Shown one piece after another: positions 14,948 to 23,180 of a stretch of DNA of 32,000 nucleotides. Made by a program: the position numbers and the translations under genes. How positions within the stretch are numbered: position 1 is the first letter of the stretch; every line of letters starts with the position of its first letter. The stretch lies in NCBI RefSeq assembly GCF_000284455.1, contig NC_017039.1, positions 30,001 to 62,000 on the forward strand. The letters run 5' to 3'. The notes below the pieces were generated by a model. The model worked only from the letters and a program-made list of their open reading frames with translations. It did not search any database and had not been told where the DNA came from. Source of the stretch: Synechocystis sp. PCC 6803 substr. PCC-P (GTDB lineage Bacteria; Cyanobacteriota; Cyanobacteriia; Cyanobacteriales; Microcystaceae).

Positions 14948-16789
14948 ATGCCACCTATCTATCAACTGCTTTGGCAGATGATCCGCTATGCCCAGAAACT
15001 TTATTGGTTGGATACCATATTGTGGCTATTTATTCTGGGAATACCCATAGTACCGGGACTGCTAATTCGTCAGTTTTTTGACACCTTAACCAGCCAAACC
15101 CAAATTAAGGAATCTCCCTGGGTCTGGATTGGCCTATTTTTAGCGGTGGGACTAGGCAGAATGGCGGCAATTTTTACTGGGCGGATCACAAAAACCCAAC
15201 ACCGCTTTTTGATGAGTGGATTGGTGCGCCACAACCTGTTCCAGGGATTATTGCATCGCCCTGGGGCAGAACTAGCCAGCGGAGCAGTGGACGGCCAGAA
15301 GGTTTCCCCTGGGGAAATGCTGAGCTATTTTCGCGATGATGCTCTACAGATTGAAGACACAGTGGTGGGCACTAATGAAATCTTTGCCGCTGGGGTGTTT
15401 GCGGTGGTTTCCGTGGCCCTACTGTTGAGCGTCAACAGGGAAATGACCTTACTGGTTTTTGTGCCCCTATGTCTAATCACTGCCCTGGCCCACCACGCTG
15501 AGCATCGCCTGAAACGTTATCGCCGAGCCAGTCGCCATGGAACTCAACAGGTAACCGGATTCATTGGGGAGATGTTTACCGCTGTGCAGGCCATCAAGGT
15601 GGCCGGGGCCGAAACTGAAATGTTAGAGGAACTAAGAAAAAGAGGCGATCTCCGCCGTCGTTTAATGGTGCGAGACCAGGTTTTTAATGCCATCCTCAAT
15701 TCCGGCTTTGAAAATACTGTCAGCATTGGTACCGGACTAATTTTACTTTTAGCGGCCCAAAGTCTTGGTCCCCAAGGTAACTTCACTGTGGGAGATTTTA
15801 CCCTCTTTGTTTACTACCTCTCTTTTGTGAGTGATTTTTTAGCTTTTTTTGGGGTTTTTCTTGCTTCTGTGAAACAAAGTGAAGTCTCCTTTGAGCGCAT
15901 GGCAGTTTTAGTCAACGGTGGTGAATGCCCTTCTCCTAGCACAGTTAATCCCACCTCCTTTCCCCTCACCTATCCCCATCATCTCTATCTCAAACCTATT
16001 TTGGGCTCCCAACCGGCCTTACCTCCCCTCTCAACCCCAGCCCAAACCGATCCTTTACAAGAACTAAGAGTAGAAGGATTAGTTTACCATTATCCAGGCA
16101 GTGACAATGGCATTGCTGATATCAGCTTTAGCTTACAACGGGGCAGTTTGACGGTAATTACGGGACGGGTGGGGGTAGGTAAAACAACCCTAATTCGCAC
16201 GCTACTAGGGCTACTGCCCAAACAATCAGGCAAAATTATTTGGAATGGCTTGGAAATTGCCGAACCAGCGACTTTCTTCGTTCCGCCTCGGGCCGCCTAC
16301 ACTCCCCAAATTCCCCAATTATTCAGCACTTCTCTACGAGAAAATTTGTTGCTGGGACTAGCAGATGATGTTTCACCGGAGCAATTAAACCAGGCGATCG
16401 CCACCGCTGTTTTTGAGCAGGATTTGGCTCTGATGCCCAAGGGTCTTGATACCCAAGTAGGAACAAGGGGAGTTCGACTTTCCGGTGGCCAGAAACAACG
16501 GGTAGCGGCGGCCAGGATGCTCGTTCGTCAACCGGAATTACTGGTGTTTGACGACCTTTCCAGCGCTCTGGATCTGGAAACTGAACAAAAACTATGGCGG
16601 CGCCTATTTAGCACTGGGCACCAACGTCATTCTGCTGTTTACACCCCCACTTGCTTGGTAGTTTCCCATCGTCCATCGGTCATAGAGCAGGCTGATACGA
16701 TCGTTTTGCTAGAAGCTGGAAGGATTGTTTTTTCTGGCACTCCAGCTCAGTTTAATCGGGAAATGATGGGAAAAAATATTGTTTTTTAG
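14948..16789 (+). CDS. ABC transporter, fused TMD-NBD half-transporter of exporter (type IV) fold, degenerate Walker B
   Basis: 613 aa. It has an N-terminal multi-TM region and a Pro-rich linker. The NBD has Walker A GRVGVGKTT, Q-loop YTPQIPQLF, canonical signature LSGGQ, Walker B LLVFDDLS (Asp in place of the catalytic Glu) and H-loop LVVSHR. Confidence 0.85.
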   Translation: MPPIYQLLWQMIRYAQKLYWLDTILWLFILGIPIVPGLLIRQFFDTLTSQTQIKESPWVWIGLFLAVGLGRMAAIFTGRITKTQHRFLMSGLVRHNLFQGLLHRPGAELASGAVDGQKVSPGEMLSYFRDDALQIEDTVVGTNEIFAAGVFAVVSVALLLSVNREMTLLVFVPLCLITALAHHAEHRLKRYRRASRHGTQQVTGFIGEMFTAVQAIKVAGAETEMLEELRKRGDLRRRLMVRDQVFNAILNSGFENTVSIGTGLILLLAAQSLGPQGNFTVGDFTLFVYYLSFVSDFLAFFGVFLASVKQSEVSFERMAVLVNGGECPSPSTVNPTSFPLTYPHHLYLKPILGSQPALPPLSTPAQTDPLQELRVEGLVYHYPGSDNGIADISFSLQRGSLTVITGRVGVGKTTLIRTLLGLLPKQSGKIIWNGLEIAEPATFFVPPRAAYTPQIPQLFSTSLRENLLLGLADDVSPEQLNQAIATAVFEQDLALMPKGLDTQVGTRGVRLSGGQKQRVAAARMLVRQPELLVFDDLSSALDLETEQKLWRRLFSTGHQRHSAVYTPTCLVVSHRPSVIEQADTIVLLEAGRIVFSGTPAQFNREMMGKNIVF

Positions 16790-17006
16790 TCTCTATTTCT
16801 AAGTCCATGATGAGACTTCAGTCAAGGCTATGGCCTGGGCAACTCGCACTCTAATTAATGGTCTGGAGATTCACTGCGGAAAGTCTAACGAGGAATTACC
16901 TATGGGATCGCCATGGCAAACCTGCCGACGAAATTGGCGATCGGGCTAAATAAGAGTTAGATAACATCTAATTATTCGATATAAATAAGACGATGCTCAA
17001 TTTCAA

Positions 17007-17942
17007 CTAAAGTTGCATATACACAAGCCAATATAACGGCAAATTTTCCTTTGTTGAAATCGTTTTTTTGCCGGTATCATGAGAAAATTCATTAGAAAAT
17101 TTTGCTACTTTTGCAAGTAAATCTCTAATGTGACTTTCGCGCGTATACTTAACTATTGCAATTAGATCACCAAGGAAGACTTGAGAATATTCCTTAGATA
17201 TTTTAAGACCTTTTGAACAACACTCAACCTTAAGAAGGTACTCCATAGCTCTTCTCACAGAATTGACCTTTTCTGATACTTCATCATGGGAGAATTCATC
17301 AATTTCATCGAAAGAATCTAGGATTTTTCTAATACGTATCAAGGCTACATGAACATTCTTCCAGTACAAAAATCTCTTGGAATGAGCGGATGATATTCCA
17401 GAAGCTTTTGGCATCATTACTAGCGAATAGAGTGGAGTACAATGGAAGTCTATTACCTCGTAGTGACCACTAACTTTTCGAATAACTCTCTTCTTAAAGA
17501 AACCATTGTCATATATCTCAATCTCATCTGTACCAAATCTATACAAATTTTTTATTTCTTTTGATGTTTTTGCATACCCATTTATTATAAACAAGGCTGA
17601 TTCTTTTGCTGGCACTGGAAGAATTGTATTTATTTGTAATGCACATGAATATAAAGATGCGGGAAACAAGGACTGCCTAAGCTCACGCCGCCTCTCTGTT
17701 TCGACTAGCTTTCTGAAATCATGCCATACAAGGGTAAGAATCTCTGATTTTTCATCAAAGGAAAAACTTTCAATAACATCCCAGTTTTCCATGTCTAAAA
17801 AATCAACAATTATTAAACCTCCTGTTGCTTCAAGAAGATCTTTAAAAAAATCTGCGACTTGAACTCTATTAGATATATTCTTGTTTCCATATTTTTCTGC
17901 AAGACCTTTAAAAATCTTATGGCTGTCTTTTATTGGATCCAT
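17007..17942 (-). CDS. Orphan hypothetical protein (312 aa) in a low-GC island; possible helical DUF4145/HEPN-like C-terminus
   Basis: Within track ORF 17007..18017. I prefer ATG 17942..17940 (MDPIKDSHKIF) because AAGGAGA lies ~7 nt upstream. No TM segments. The C-terminal ~90 aa (VRRAMEYLLKVE...FLGDLIAIVKY...LLAKVAKFSNEFSHD) loosely resembles the DUF4145 pattern. No family was confidently recognised. Confidence 0.6.
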   Translation of the reverse strand: MDPIKDSHKIFKGLAEKYGNKNISNRVQVADFFKDLLEATGGLIIVDFLDMENWDVIESFSFDEKSEILTLVWHDFRKLVETERRRELRQSLFPASLYSCALQINTILPVPAKESALFIINGYAKTSKEIKNLYRFGTDEIEIYDNGFFKKRVIRKVSGHYEVIDFHCTPLYSLVMMPKASGISSAHSKRFLYWKNVHVALIRIRKILDSFDEIDEFSHDEVSEKVNSVRRAMEYLLKVECCSKGLKISKEYSQVFLGDLIAIVKYTRESHIRDLLAKVAKFSNEFSHDTGKKTISTKENLPLYWLVYMQL

Positions 17943-18066
17943 GCAGATTCTCCTTGGGCGGATAACATACAAATAATGAGGGTAAAATGGACTTTCTAGA
18001 TCCACCTTATATCTCATTATAGAGAATGATTTATTATTCGTGGAATTGTTGGTTGAGAACTATGTA

Positions 18067-18408
18067 CTAATCTGGCCATGAAAGAGCAAGCAAAGACGAA
18101 TTTTTATCTTCATAAAATAATTGGATCATCCTAAATTCTCGACGCAGTAAATTTTCAACCTGTGAAGTAGAGCAGTTTCCTAATCGAAGCCAAATAACTT
18201 TGGGAGGGCTACCAAACACCAGACTAAGATCGTGCATGTCTGCATCTTTAGAGACAATCATTAAGTCATTATTTTTTGCATAATCCCAAACGATAGGATC
18301 AATTGTTGCCTCCATTCCAACATTTCGCACATGAAGGGAATTAGGAAAAAGATCGCCCAATTGAATGGGCAATTTAGGAGAGAGATTTTCGTCAAACAAT
18401 AATTTCAT
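18067..18408 (-). CDS. DUF5615-family PIN-like putative toxin
   Basis: MKLLFDENLSPKL...MIVSKDADMHDL matches the N-terminal (F/A)DEN acidic motif and the internal T/SxDxD motif of DUF5615/Mut7-C-like PIN proteins. Its ATG overlaps the upstream gene's stop as ATGA (18408..18405). Confidence 0.7.
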   Translation of the reverse strand: MKLLFDENLSPKLPIQLGDLFPNSLHVRNVGMEATIDPIVWDYAKNNDLMIVSKDADMHDLSLVFGSPPKVIWLRLGNCSTSQVENLLRREFRMIQLFYEDKNSSLLALSWPD

Positions 18409-18635
18409 GCAGACAGGGGAGAAATCATCAATCGACGTTCACGGTCGGCTGCATAAGCAATACAAGCCTTCAAATCTTCTTTAGTTAAATCTGGAAAATC
18501 TTCGAGAATTTCCGCCTCAGTCATCTCAGACGCTAAATATTCGAGTACTTCATAAACAGTGATACGTAAACCGCGCACACAAGGTTTACCTCCTCGTTTA
18601 TTGGGTTCAATCGTAATGTAGTTTCTGTAGTTCAT
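18405..18635 (-). CDS. DUF433-family putative antitoxin
   Basis: ITIEPNKRGGKPCVRGLRITVYEVLEYLASEMTEAEILEDFPDLTKEDLKACIAYA is the classic DUF433 pattern. It is 76 aa and has a 4-nt overlap with the DUF5615 gene. Confidence 0.75.
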   Translation of the reverse strand: MNYRNYITIEPNKRGGKPCVRGLRITVYEVLEYLASEMTEAEILEDFPDLTKEDLKACIAYAADRERRLMISPLSA

Positions 18636-18662
18636 TGTAAATCCTCGCTAATTTTTTATAGT

Positions 18663-19868
18663 TTATTCACGTTTACTAGTCGGTGGTGGGGTGATGCGCC
18701 AACGTACCAGGAATTGGTCAATGCGTTGCAGAATTTGCCGATCTTCTTGGGGTAATGACTCTTCATTGTCAGAGAAAGACTTTTGTAAAAAGCTAAAGGC
18801 TTGGCGGATTTGCTCTCCATTGGTAGCCACTGGGGCAGAAAAGTGACAGGGAATGAGGGTTTCCACCGGCCAGCTAGTAATTTTTTCTACCCATTGCCAT
18901 ACGGCTTCCGGTTCCCGGTTGAGAATTAGCTCTTGCAAAATGGGAGCCACCCGTACTTTGCCGCCGCCCCACAGGGTTTGAAAAGTGTTCTGCCAATCCC
19001 TGCGCCACCGAAATGGGTACAAACCAAAATAATTTTCCCGACGGCGATCGCCAACTTGTTTTGCTTCTTGCCACACCTGGTTCCAATTAGGTACTTCTAG
19101 GGTACTAGCTTGGAAATAGAGAGCAAATAAACAAATGCGTTGCCACCCCTTGGCTCGATTGGCGAGATTATCTTCCGGGCGATCGCCAGCCTTATCCCTG
19201 GCATGGAACATTAGGGGAGTGGGGTCTAGTTCCAAGACCGGGGGGGGATTTTCCGACAAAACCAACAGGGTATCCGTCACCAGTAAAGTATGACTAGACC
19301 AATGGAAAAAAGCCACTTCGCCAAACTTGCCCAGGCGTAAATCCAACGGCCCGAGGTAAGCGTAATCAAATTCCCCGGCAAAGGGAGTTTCGCTACTATC
19401 AGCGGGCAAAATTTTCGTTCGATCGCCTGGAAATCCCAACCAACTGAGAGGTAAATTAAGGGGAAAACTCCATTGGCCTGGGGCTACATAGACCGTTGCT
19501 TCTGGACAATGGCGAGCTAGAGACGGTACATTAGCCTTATGTTCCAACCCGGAAATGGTGGGTAGGATAATATACTTCACTGGGCCATATTTGGCCGTTA
19601 GTTGCCCCAACAATTGCAAACATTCTGCCGTGGGGGCAATGGGAGAGTAAATTAGCAATCCCCCCGTGTTCAGGCGCACCACCGTCATGCGGATGGGTAC
19701 TACCACATAAAAAATTCCCTGTACCTGCTCCAACACCCAGATAGTGTCCGGTACCACTTCCCGCACCAAAGTTTGCCTTTGACTGTAGGGATAAATGGGC
19801 ACCAGATACCAGTAGGGCCAGGTCTGACTGGGCTGGGAAGATCGGGAAAGGGACTGCCGCATCGTCAC
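18663..19868 (-). CDS. Conserved hypothetical protein, DUF4336-like
   Basis: 401-aa ORF with native-looking composition (two HIP1 copies inside). The pattern VREVVPDTIWVLEQ...VRLNTGGLLIYSPIAPT...VKYIILPT...LEHK recalls the DUF4336 family shared by cyanobacteria and plastids. The call is from memory only. Confidence 0.5.
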   Translation of the reverse strand: MTMRQSLSRSSQPSQTWPYWYLVPIYPYSQRQTLVREVVPDTIWVLEQVQGIFYVVVPIRMTVVRLNTGGLLIYSPIAPTAECLQLLGQLTAKYGPVKYIILPTISGLEHKANVPSLARHCPEATVYVAPGQWSFPLNLPLSWLGFPGDRTKILPADSSETPFAGEFDYAYLGPLDLRLGKFGEVAFFHWSSHTLLVTDTLLVLSENPPPVLELDPTPLMFHARDKAGDRPEDNLANRAKGWQRICLFALYFQASTLEVPNWNQVWQEAKQVGDRRRENYFGLYPFRWRRDWQNTFQTLWGGGKVRVAPILQELILNREPEAVWQWVEKITSWPVETLIPCHFSAPVATNGEQIRQAFSFLQKSFSDNEESLPQEDRQILQRIDQFLVRWRITPPPTSKRE

Positions 19869-19892
19869 CGAGGAGGATGAAAAATTGAAAAA

Positions 19893-20231
19893 TTATTCAG
19901 ATTTGGAAAAACCTAAGCCATTTTCTGCGCCGTAGCGCTCCATAAAGCGCATAAAACGGTCCCATTCCGGTTGGGAATTGAGGATCACCGTGGCCTCGAT
20001 CGCCGTAGGACGGCCATTGATAAATTTGCCCTTTACTTCCCTGGTGATAATTTCCCCTTCGTCGTCGATTAAATACATGCCGGTAATATCATCGGTGCTT
20101 TCTTTCGCTAGAATTGTCGGTTCCAAGAAATAGAATTTTGCCATGCCGGACTGCCCATTCTTCGACTTGCTGAGGCGCACTTCTGGGACAACGGTTTCTG
20201 CAACTCCCTTGGAAAATTGAATTTCAGCCAT
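19893..20231 (-). CDS. psb28: Photosystem II assembly factor Psb28
   Basis: The 112-aa sequence [39 protein letters not shown]...[20 protein letters not shown] is recognised as Psb28 (13-kDa PSII protein). Confidence 0.9.
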   Translation of the reverse strand: MAEIQFSKGVAETVVPEVRLSKSKNGQSGMAKFYFLEPTILAKESTDDITGMYLIDDEGEIITREVKGKFINGRPTAIEATVILNSQPEWDRFMRFMERYGAENGLGFSKSE

Positions 20232-20245
20232 GTTTTTTTACCTTA

Positions 20246-21895
20246 ATGACATTAATTTCGTTAACTCCCCATCATGGCATAGATCCCGGTAGTGGCCGAA
20301 AAAACACCCCCATGGGACTACTCGAAACCCAAGTTCACCACCTGCTCAAAGCCCAACAGCGCCAACAAACCATTCCCCCCTGGCCCCATTCGTTAACCAT
20401 GGGTCGTTTGGTATCCCGGGCCCTGCGACTACGGCGATCGGCCTTGATTCAAACTGGTTGTTTGCCCCCCACCTACGGCCCCAGTTATCTATTGCCCTGT
20501 TTACTTAGTGATCAGCCCATTCGCCTGGTCACCACCCCCAAACGTAAGCAAGATTTGGAAACGGCTATTTTGCCCGCTTTGCAAATGGCCCTACAAAGTA
20601 ATGATCCCGATTTGGTCATCACCTGGCCGGAAATTGTTACGCCTGACCAATGGCTACAAGAGAATTTAGGGCCATTGCCCCATATTGCCCCCGCCTTAAC
20701 GGCGATCGAGCAGGTAGAACATTTAGAAGATTGGACCAGGGATTTTCTTTCCCATCACCTAGATTGGAACACCCTCCAACCCCTTTTTGCCCAAACTCCC
20801 CAGGGCCAAGACCAAGTTCTAACCCATTGGAGCCGCCTCAGTCAGTCCCTCTTTGCCCGCCCCATCAACCCCCATGGTTTTTATCCCTTGGATGGAGAAG
20901 AATTAAAGGAGTTAAATCAGGCGGTAACGGAACAGTTGACGATTAGTCAGGGTGAAAATGCCATTAAGCAAGAAAATATTCAGAAAATTCAGCAGTTTTG
21001 GCAGTTTTGGCAAGAACAAACCGATAACCATCTCCTCTGGGCCGAAGTGGACCGACAGCAGGGCAGAATCAGTCTCCACGTCAGTCCGGTCAATGTACAG
21101 CCCTGGCTACAGCCGATTTGGCAAAGCTCCGATCAAGGTCAGGGAGATTTTATTGATGGAGGCCAAGACAGCGATCAAGCCGCCTTTGTCCTCATCGGCA
21201 GTTTTTTAGACGCTGAGAAAACCGCCCCCACCTATTGCAAAACTTTGGGTTTGGGAAATTTACTCTGCTTAAAGTTTTCTCCCCACCGTCTCCAGGATGC
21301 GTTAACCATTTACCTCCCCGATCGCCTACCCTTACCCAATACCCCAGCCTTCCAAACCACTTTGCTAACGGAAATCGAACGCATTTTGACAGAAATCATG
21401 GCGGTGCAACCGGACACCTTTGTGGTGATTTTGCTTGACGATTTACCGCTCAAAGCCCAATTAGGCAGTCAACTAGCGGCCAAATTAGGCTCTGGAGTGA
21501 AAGTGGAACCGACCCCCAACTTTGCTCCTGGTATTTTGGTGGCGGGCTGGCAATATTGGTGTGCTCAAAGAGAAAAGTTTCCCCCGCCGGCCCTGCTAAT
21601 TCTGGGCACTTTGCCCATTCCTTCCCTGGAAAATCCCCTGGTGGCCAAACGAGTACAACACCACAAACGCCACCATCAAGACTGGTTCCGGGACTATTTA
21701 CTACCAGTGGCATTGAAAGATTTACAGCAGGCAGTGTTACCCCTACGAGAGTCCGGCGGTTGGTTAGCTATCTTGGATGACCGGGTCAATTCCCGCAGTT
21801 ACGGCCGGGAAGTGCTCAAAGCCCTAGCGCCCTACGGCAAAAGGAATTATTTTGATCCCCAGGATTTGCCCCAGGTGACAACAGCTCAGAAGTGA
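20246..21895 (+). CDS. DinG/XPD-like helicase-related protein with degenerate Walker A/B motifs
   Basis: Collinear with the DinG layout. LIQTGCLPPTYGPSYLLPCLL sits where (E)AxTGTGKTLAYLLPAL is expected, and IEQVEHLED where IDEAHxLED is expected. The C-terminus GGWLAILDDRVNSRSYGREVLKALAP resembles the DinG helicase_C_2 end. The start is uncertain (ATG 20246 or ATG 20309, MGLLETQ). Confidence 0.55.
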   Translation: MTLISLTPHHGIDPGSGRKNTPMGLLETQVHHLLKAQQRQQTIPPWPHSLTMGRLVSRALRLRRSALIQTGCLPPTYGPSYLLPCLLSDQPIRLVTTPKRKQDLETAILPALQMALQSNDPDLVITWPEIVTPDQWLQENLGPLPHIAPALTAIEQVEHLEDWTRDFLSHHLDWNTLQPLFAQTPQGQDQVLTHWSRLSQSLFARPINPHGFYPLDGEELKELNQAVTEQLTISQGENAIKQENIQKIQQFWQFWQEQTDNHLLWAEVDRQQGRISLHVSPVNVQPWLQPIWQSSDQGQGDFIDGGQDSDQAAFVLIGSFLDAEKTAPTYCKTLGLGNLLCLKFSPHRLQDALTIYLPDRLPLPNTPAFQTTLLTEIERILTEIMAVQPDTFVVILLDDLPLKAQLGSQLAAKLGSGVKVEPTPNFAPGILVAGWQYWCAQREKFPPPALLILGTLPIPSLENPLVAKRVQHHKRHHQDWFRDYLLPVALKDLQQAVLPLRESGGWLAILDDRVNSRSYGREVLKALAPYGKRNYFDPQDLPQVTTAQK

Positions 21896-22001
21896 TTTCT
21901 AAAAAAAATATAAAGAAAAGAGGATAGAAGAAATCTATTTTTGAGAGTTTCACAAGCATTTCTCCTCACTGGAGGTGGTCTATGTAGACCAAGGGTATTG
22001 A

Positions 22002-22233
22002 GAGGAAAATTTTGCTTGGGCAATGAGGCAATTGTGTGGAGATTCAGTGCGAATTGGGGTCGTTAAGCGTTCATCCAAAGAATTTGAACTTTTAGCCAAG
22101 CGTTGGGTGATAGAGCGTACTTTTGGTTGGTTAAATCGCTATCGGCGATTAAACAAGGATTGCGAACTTTATACCGAAATAAGTGAAGCAATGATTTATG
22201 GTGTCCTCATCCGTATAATGCTTTCTCGTATTA
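22002..22233 (+). pseudogene. 3' remnant (~77 codons) of an IS4/IS5-type DDE transposase gene, interrupted by ISY100
   Basis: The frame is open from 22002. ...KRWVIERTFGWLNRYRRLNKDCELYTEISEAMIYGVLIRIMLSRI is the conserved C-terminal block of IS5-type transposases, and the N-terminal ~3/4 of such a protein is absent. Track ORF 22023..22364 is a chimera that reads on into ISY100. Removing 22234..23182 restores ...SRITS-stop (stop at 23188..23190). Confidence 0.7.
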
Positions 22234-22257
22234 TAGTAGTTTCAAATAAAGCTGAGA
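22234..22257. repeat. ISY100 terminal inverted repeat (transposase 3' side)
   Basis: See the mobile_element entry. Preceded by TA. Confidence 0.85.
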
Positions 22258-22259
22258 CG

Positions 22260-23108
22260 CTAAACGCCACAGTAAGAACGGATAATTTCATCAAGAGACG
22301 TGTCAATAGGAGCGTACATTCTAGCTCGTTTCAAGGCACTAAAGTCATGCTCAATATCATTTAAATCAGGAGAATATTTCGGCAAAAAAAGAACTTCATG
22401 ACCTGCTTCTTTAGCCAATTCTTTAATGGCAGTTTTACGATGAATAGGAGCATTATCCATTATTAATATTGATGGAATGTCGAGGGAGGGTAGCAAATAT
22501 AATTTTAACCATCCTTCAAAGCCTTCTGCATTCAAACTCCCGGTAAAAACCATCGGCGCAATCAAATCTTTTTTTCCTTTTCTTCTCCCTGCTACTAGAT
22601 TTTCTCTGACTCCCCTTTTTCCTTGTCTATCTCCATAAACTTTTTTTCCTTTTTTTGACCAGGCATAAATACAAGCCTGGATTGCTTCGAATCCAGATTC
22701 ATCTATGTAAACTATAGCTTGACTACCATAGAGCTTAATTAGTTCTCTTAACATTCTATAGTACTTAACTCGTTCCTCCCGGTTTCTTTCTCGATAACGT
22801 AGTTCTTTTTTTTTTCTGTTTATTTTCATTTTCTTTAATGCGTAATATACGGCACTCGGCCTCACTCCAAATTTCTTGGCTCTGTCTATCAATCTTGCAT
22901 CGGGATTTTCTTCTACGTCTTTTTTTAGAGCTTCCCAGTCTAATTTCCTATGGCGACGCTCTACTTTTGTTGGGCTTAAATCTACTCTATTTAACCATCT
23001 GTATATCGAGGCTTTTCCTATTTTATATATCTTGGAAGCCTCAGTTATTTTTCCTCCAGCTTCTATATAAGCTACTACCCTTTGCCTTAAATCTAAACTG
23101 TAAGCCAT
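22260..23108 (-). CDS. ISY100 transposase (IS630 family, DDE)
   Basis: 282-aa intact ORF. N-terminal HTH (MAYSLDLRQRVVAYIEAGGKITEASKIYKIGKASIYRWL) and a DDE region (YIDESGF ... IMDNAPIHR ... YSPDLNDIEHDF). Confidence 0.9.
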   Translation of the reverse strand: MAYSLDLRQRVVAYIEAGGKITEASKIYKIGKASIYRWLNRVDLSPTKVERRHRKLDWEALKKDVEENPDARLIDRAKKFGVRPSAVYYALKKMKINRKKKELRYRERNREERVKYYRMLRELIKLYGSQAIVYIDESGFEAIQACIYAWSKKGKKVYGDRQGKRGVRENLVAGRRKGKKDLIAPMVFTGSLNAEGFEGWLKLYLLPSLDIPSILIMDNAPIHRKTAIKELAKEAGHEVLFLPKYSPDLNDIEHDFSALKRARMYAPIDTSLDEIIRSYCGV

Positions 23109-23156
23109 TGTTTAAACCTGTTCATTTTGTACACTCCATAATTTTACATTAAATTC

Positions 23157-23180
23157 TCTCATCGTTAATTGAAATGACTA
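23157..23180. repeat. ISY100 terminal inverted repeat (transposase 5' side)
   Basis: Its reverse complement matches 22234..22257 at 19/24 positions. Followed by TA. Confidence 0.85.

Larger units (their letters stand above)
22234..23180 (-). mobile_element. Complete ISY100 (IS630/Tc1-mariner family) insertion sequence, 947 bp, TA target duplication
   Basis: The terminal 24-nt inverted repeats match 19/24 by hand alignment (TAGTAGTTTCAAATAAAGCTGAGA versus TAGTCATTTCAATTAACGATGAGA). Flanking TA at 22232..22233 and 23181..23182. The 947-bp length and single 282-aa transposase ORF fit my recollection of ISY100. Confidence 0.9.

Noticed and set aside
16790-17006. Searched the flanks of the low-GC island (16.95 kb and 18.64 kb) for direct repeats or att-like sites and for a tRNA target
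   Set aside because: Only a 6-7-nt CTAATT(A/T)T match was found, which is too short to be meaningful. No tRNA-like sequence or integrase gene is present, so the insertion mechanism cannot be supported.
17506-17862. 118-aa plus-strand ORF inside the low-GC island
   Set aside because: It is antisense to the longer 312-aa ORF, which has a good RBS. AT-rich DNA with an Ile/Lys/Phe/Ser-rich product is typical of chance ORFs. Only transcript or proteomic data could exclude it fully.
22023-22364. 113-aa ORF listed as if it were one gene
   Set aside because: It is a chimera. Its first ~70 codons are the IS5-type transposase remnant. The rest is read-through into the ISY100 terminus, antisense to the ISY100 transposase 3' end.
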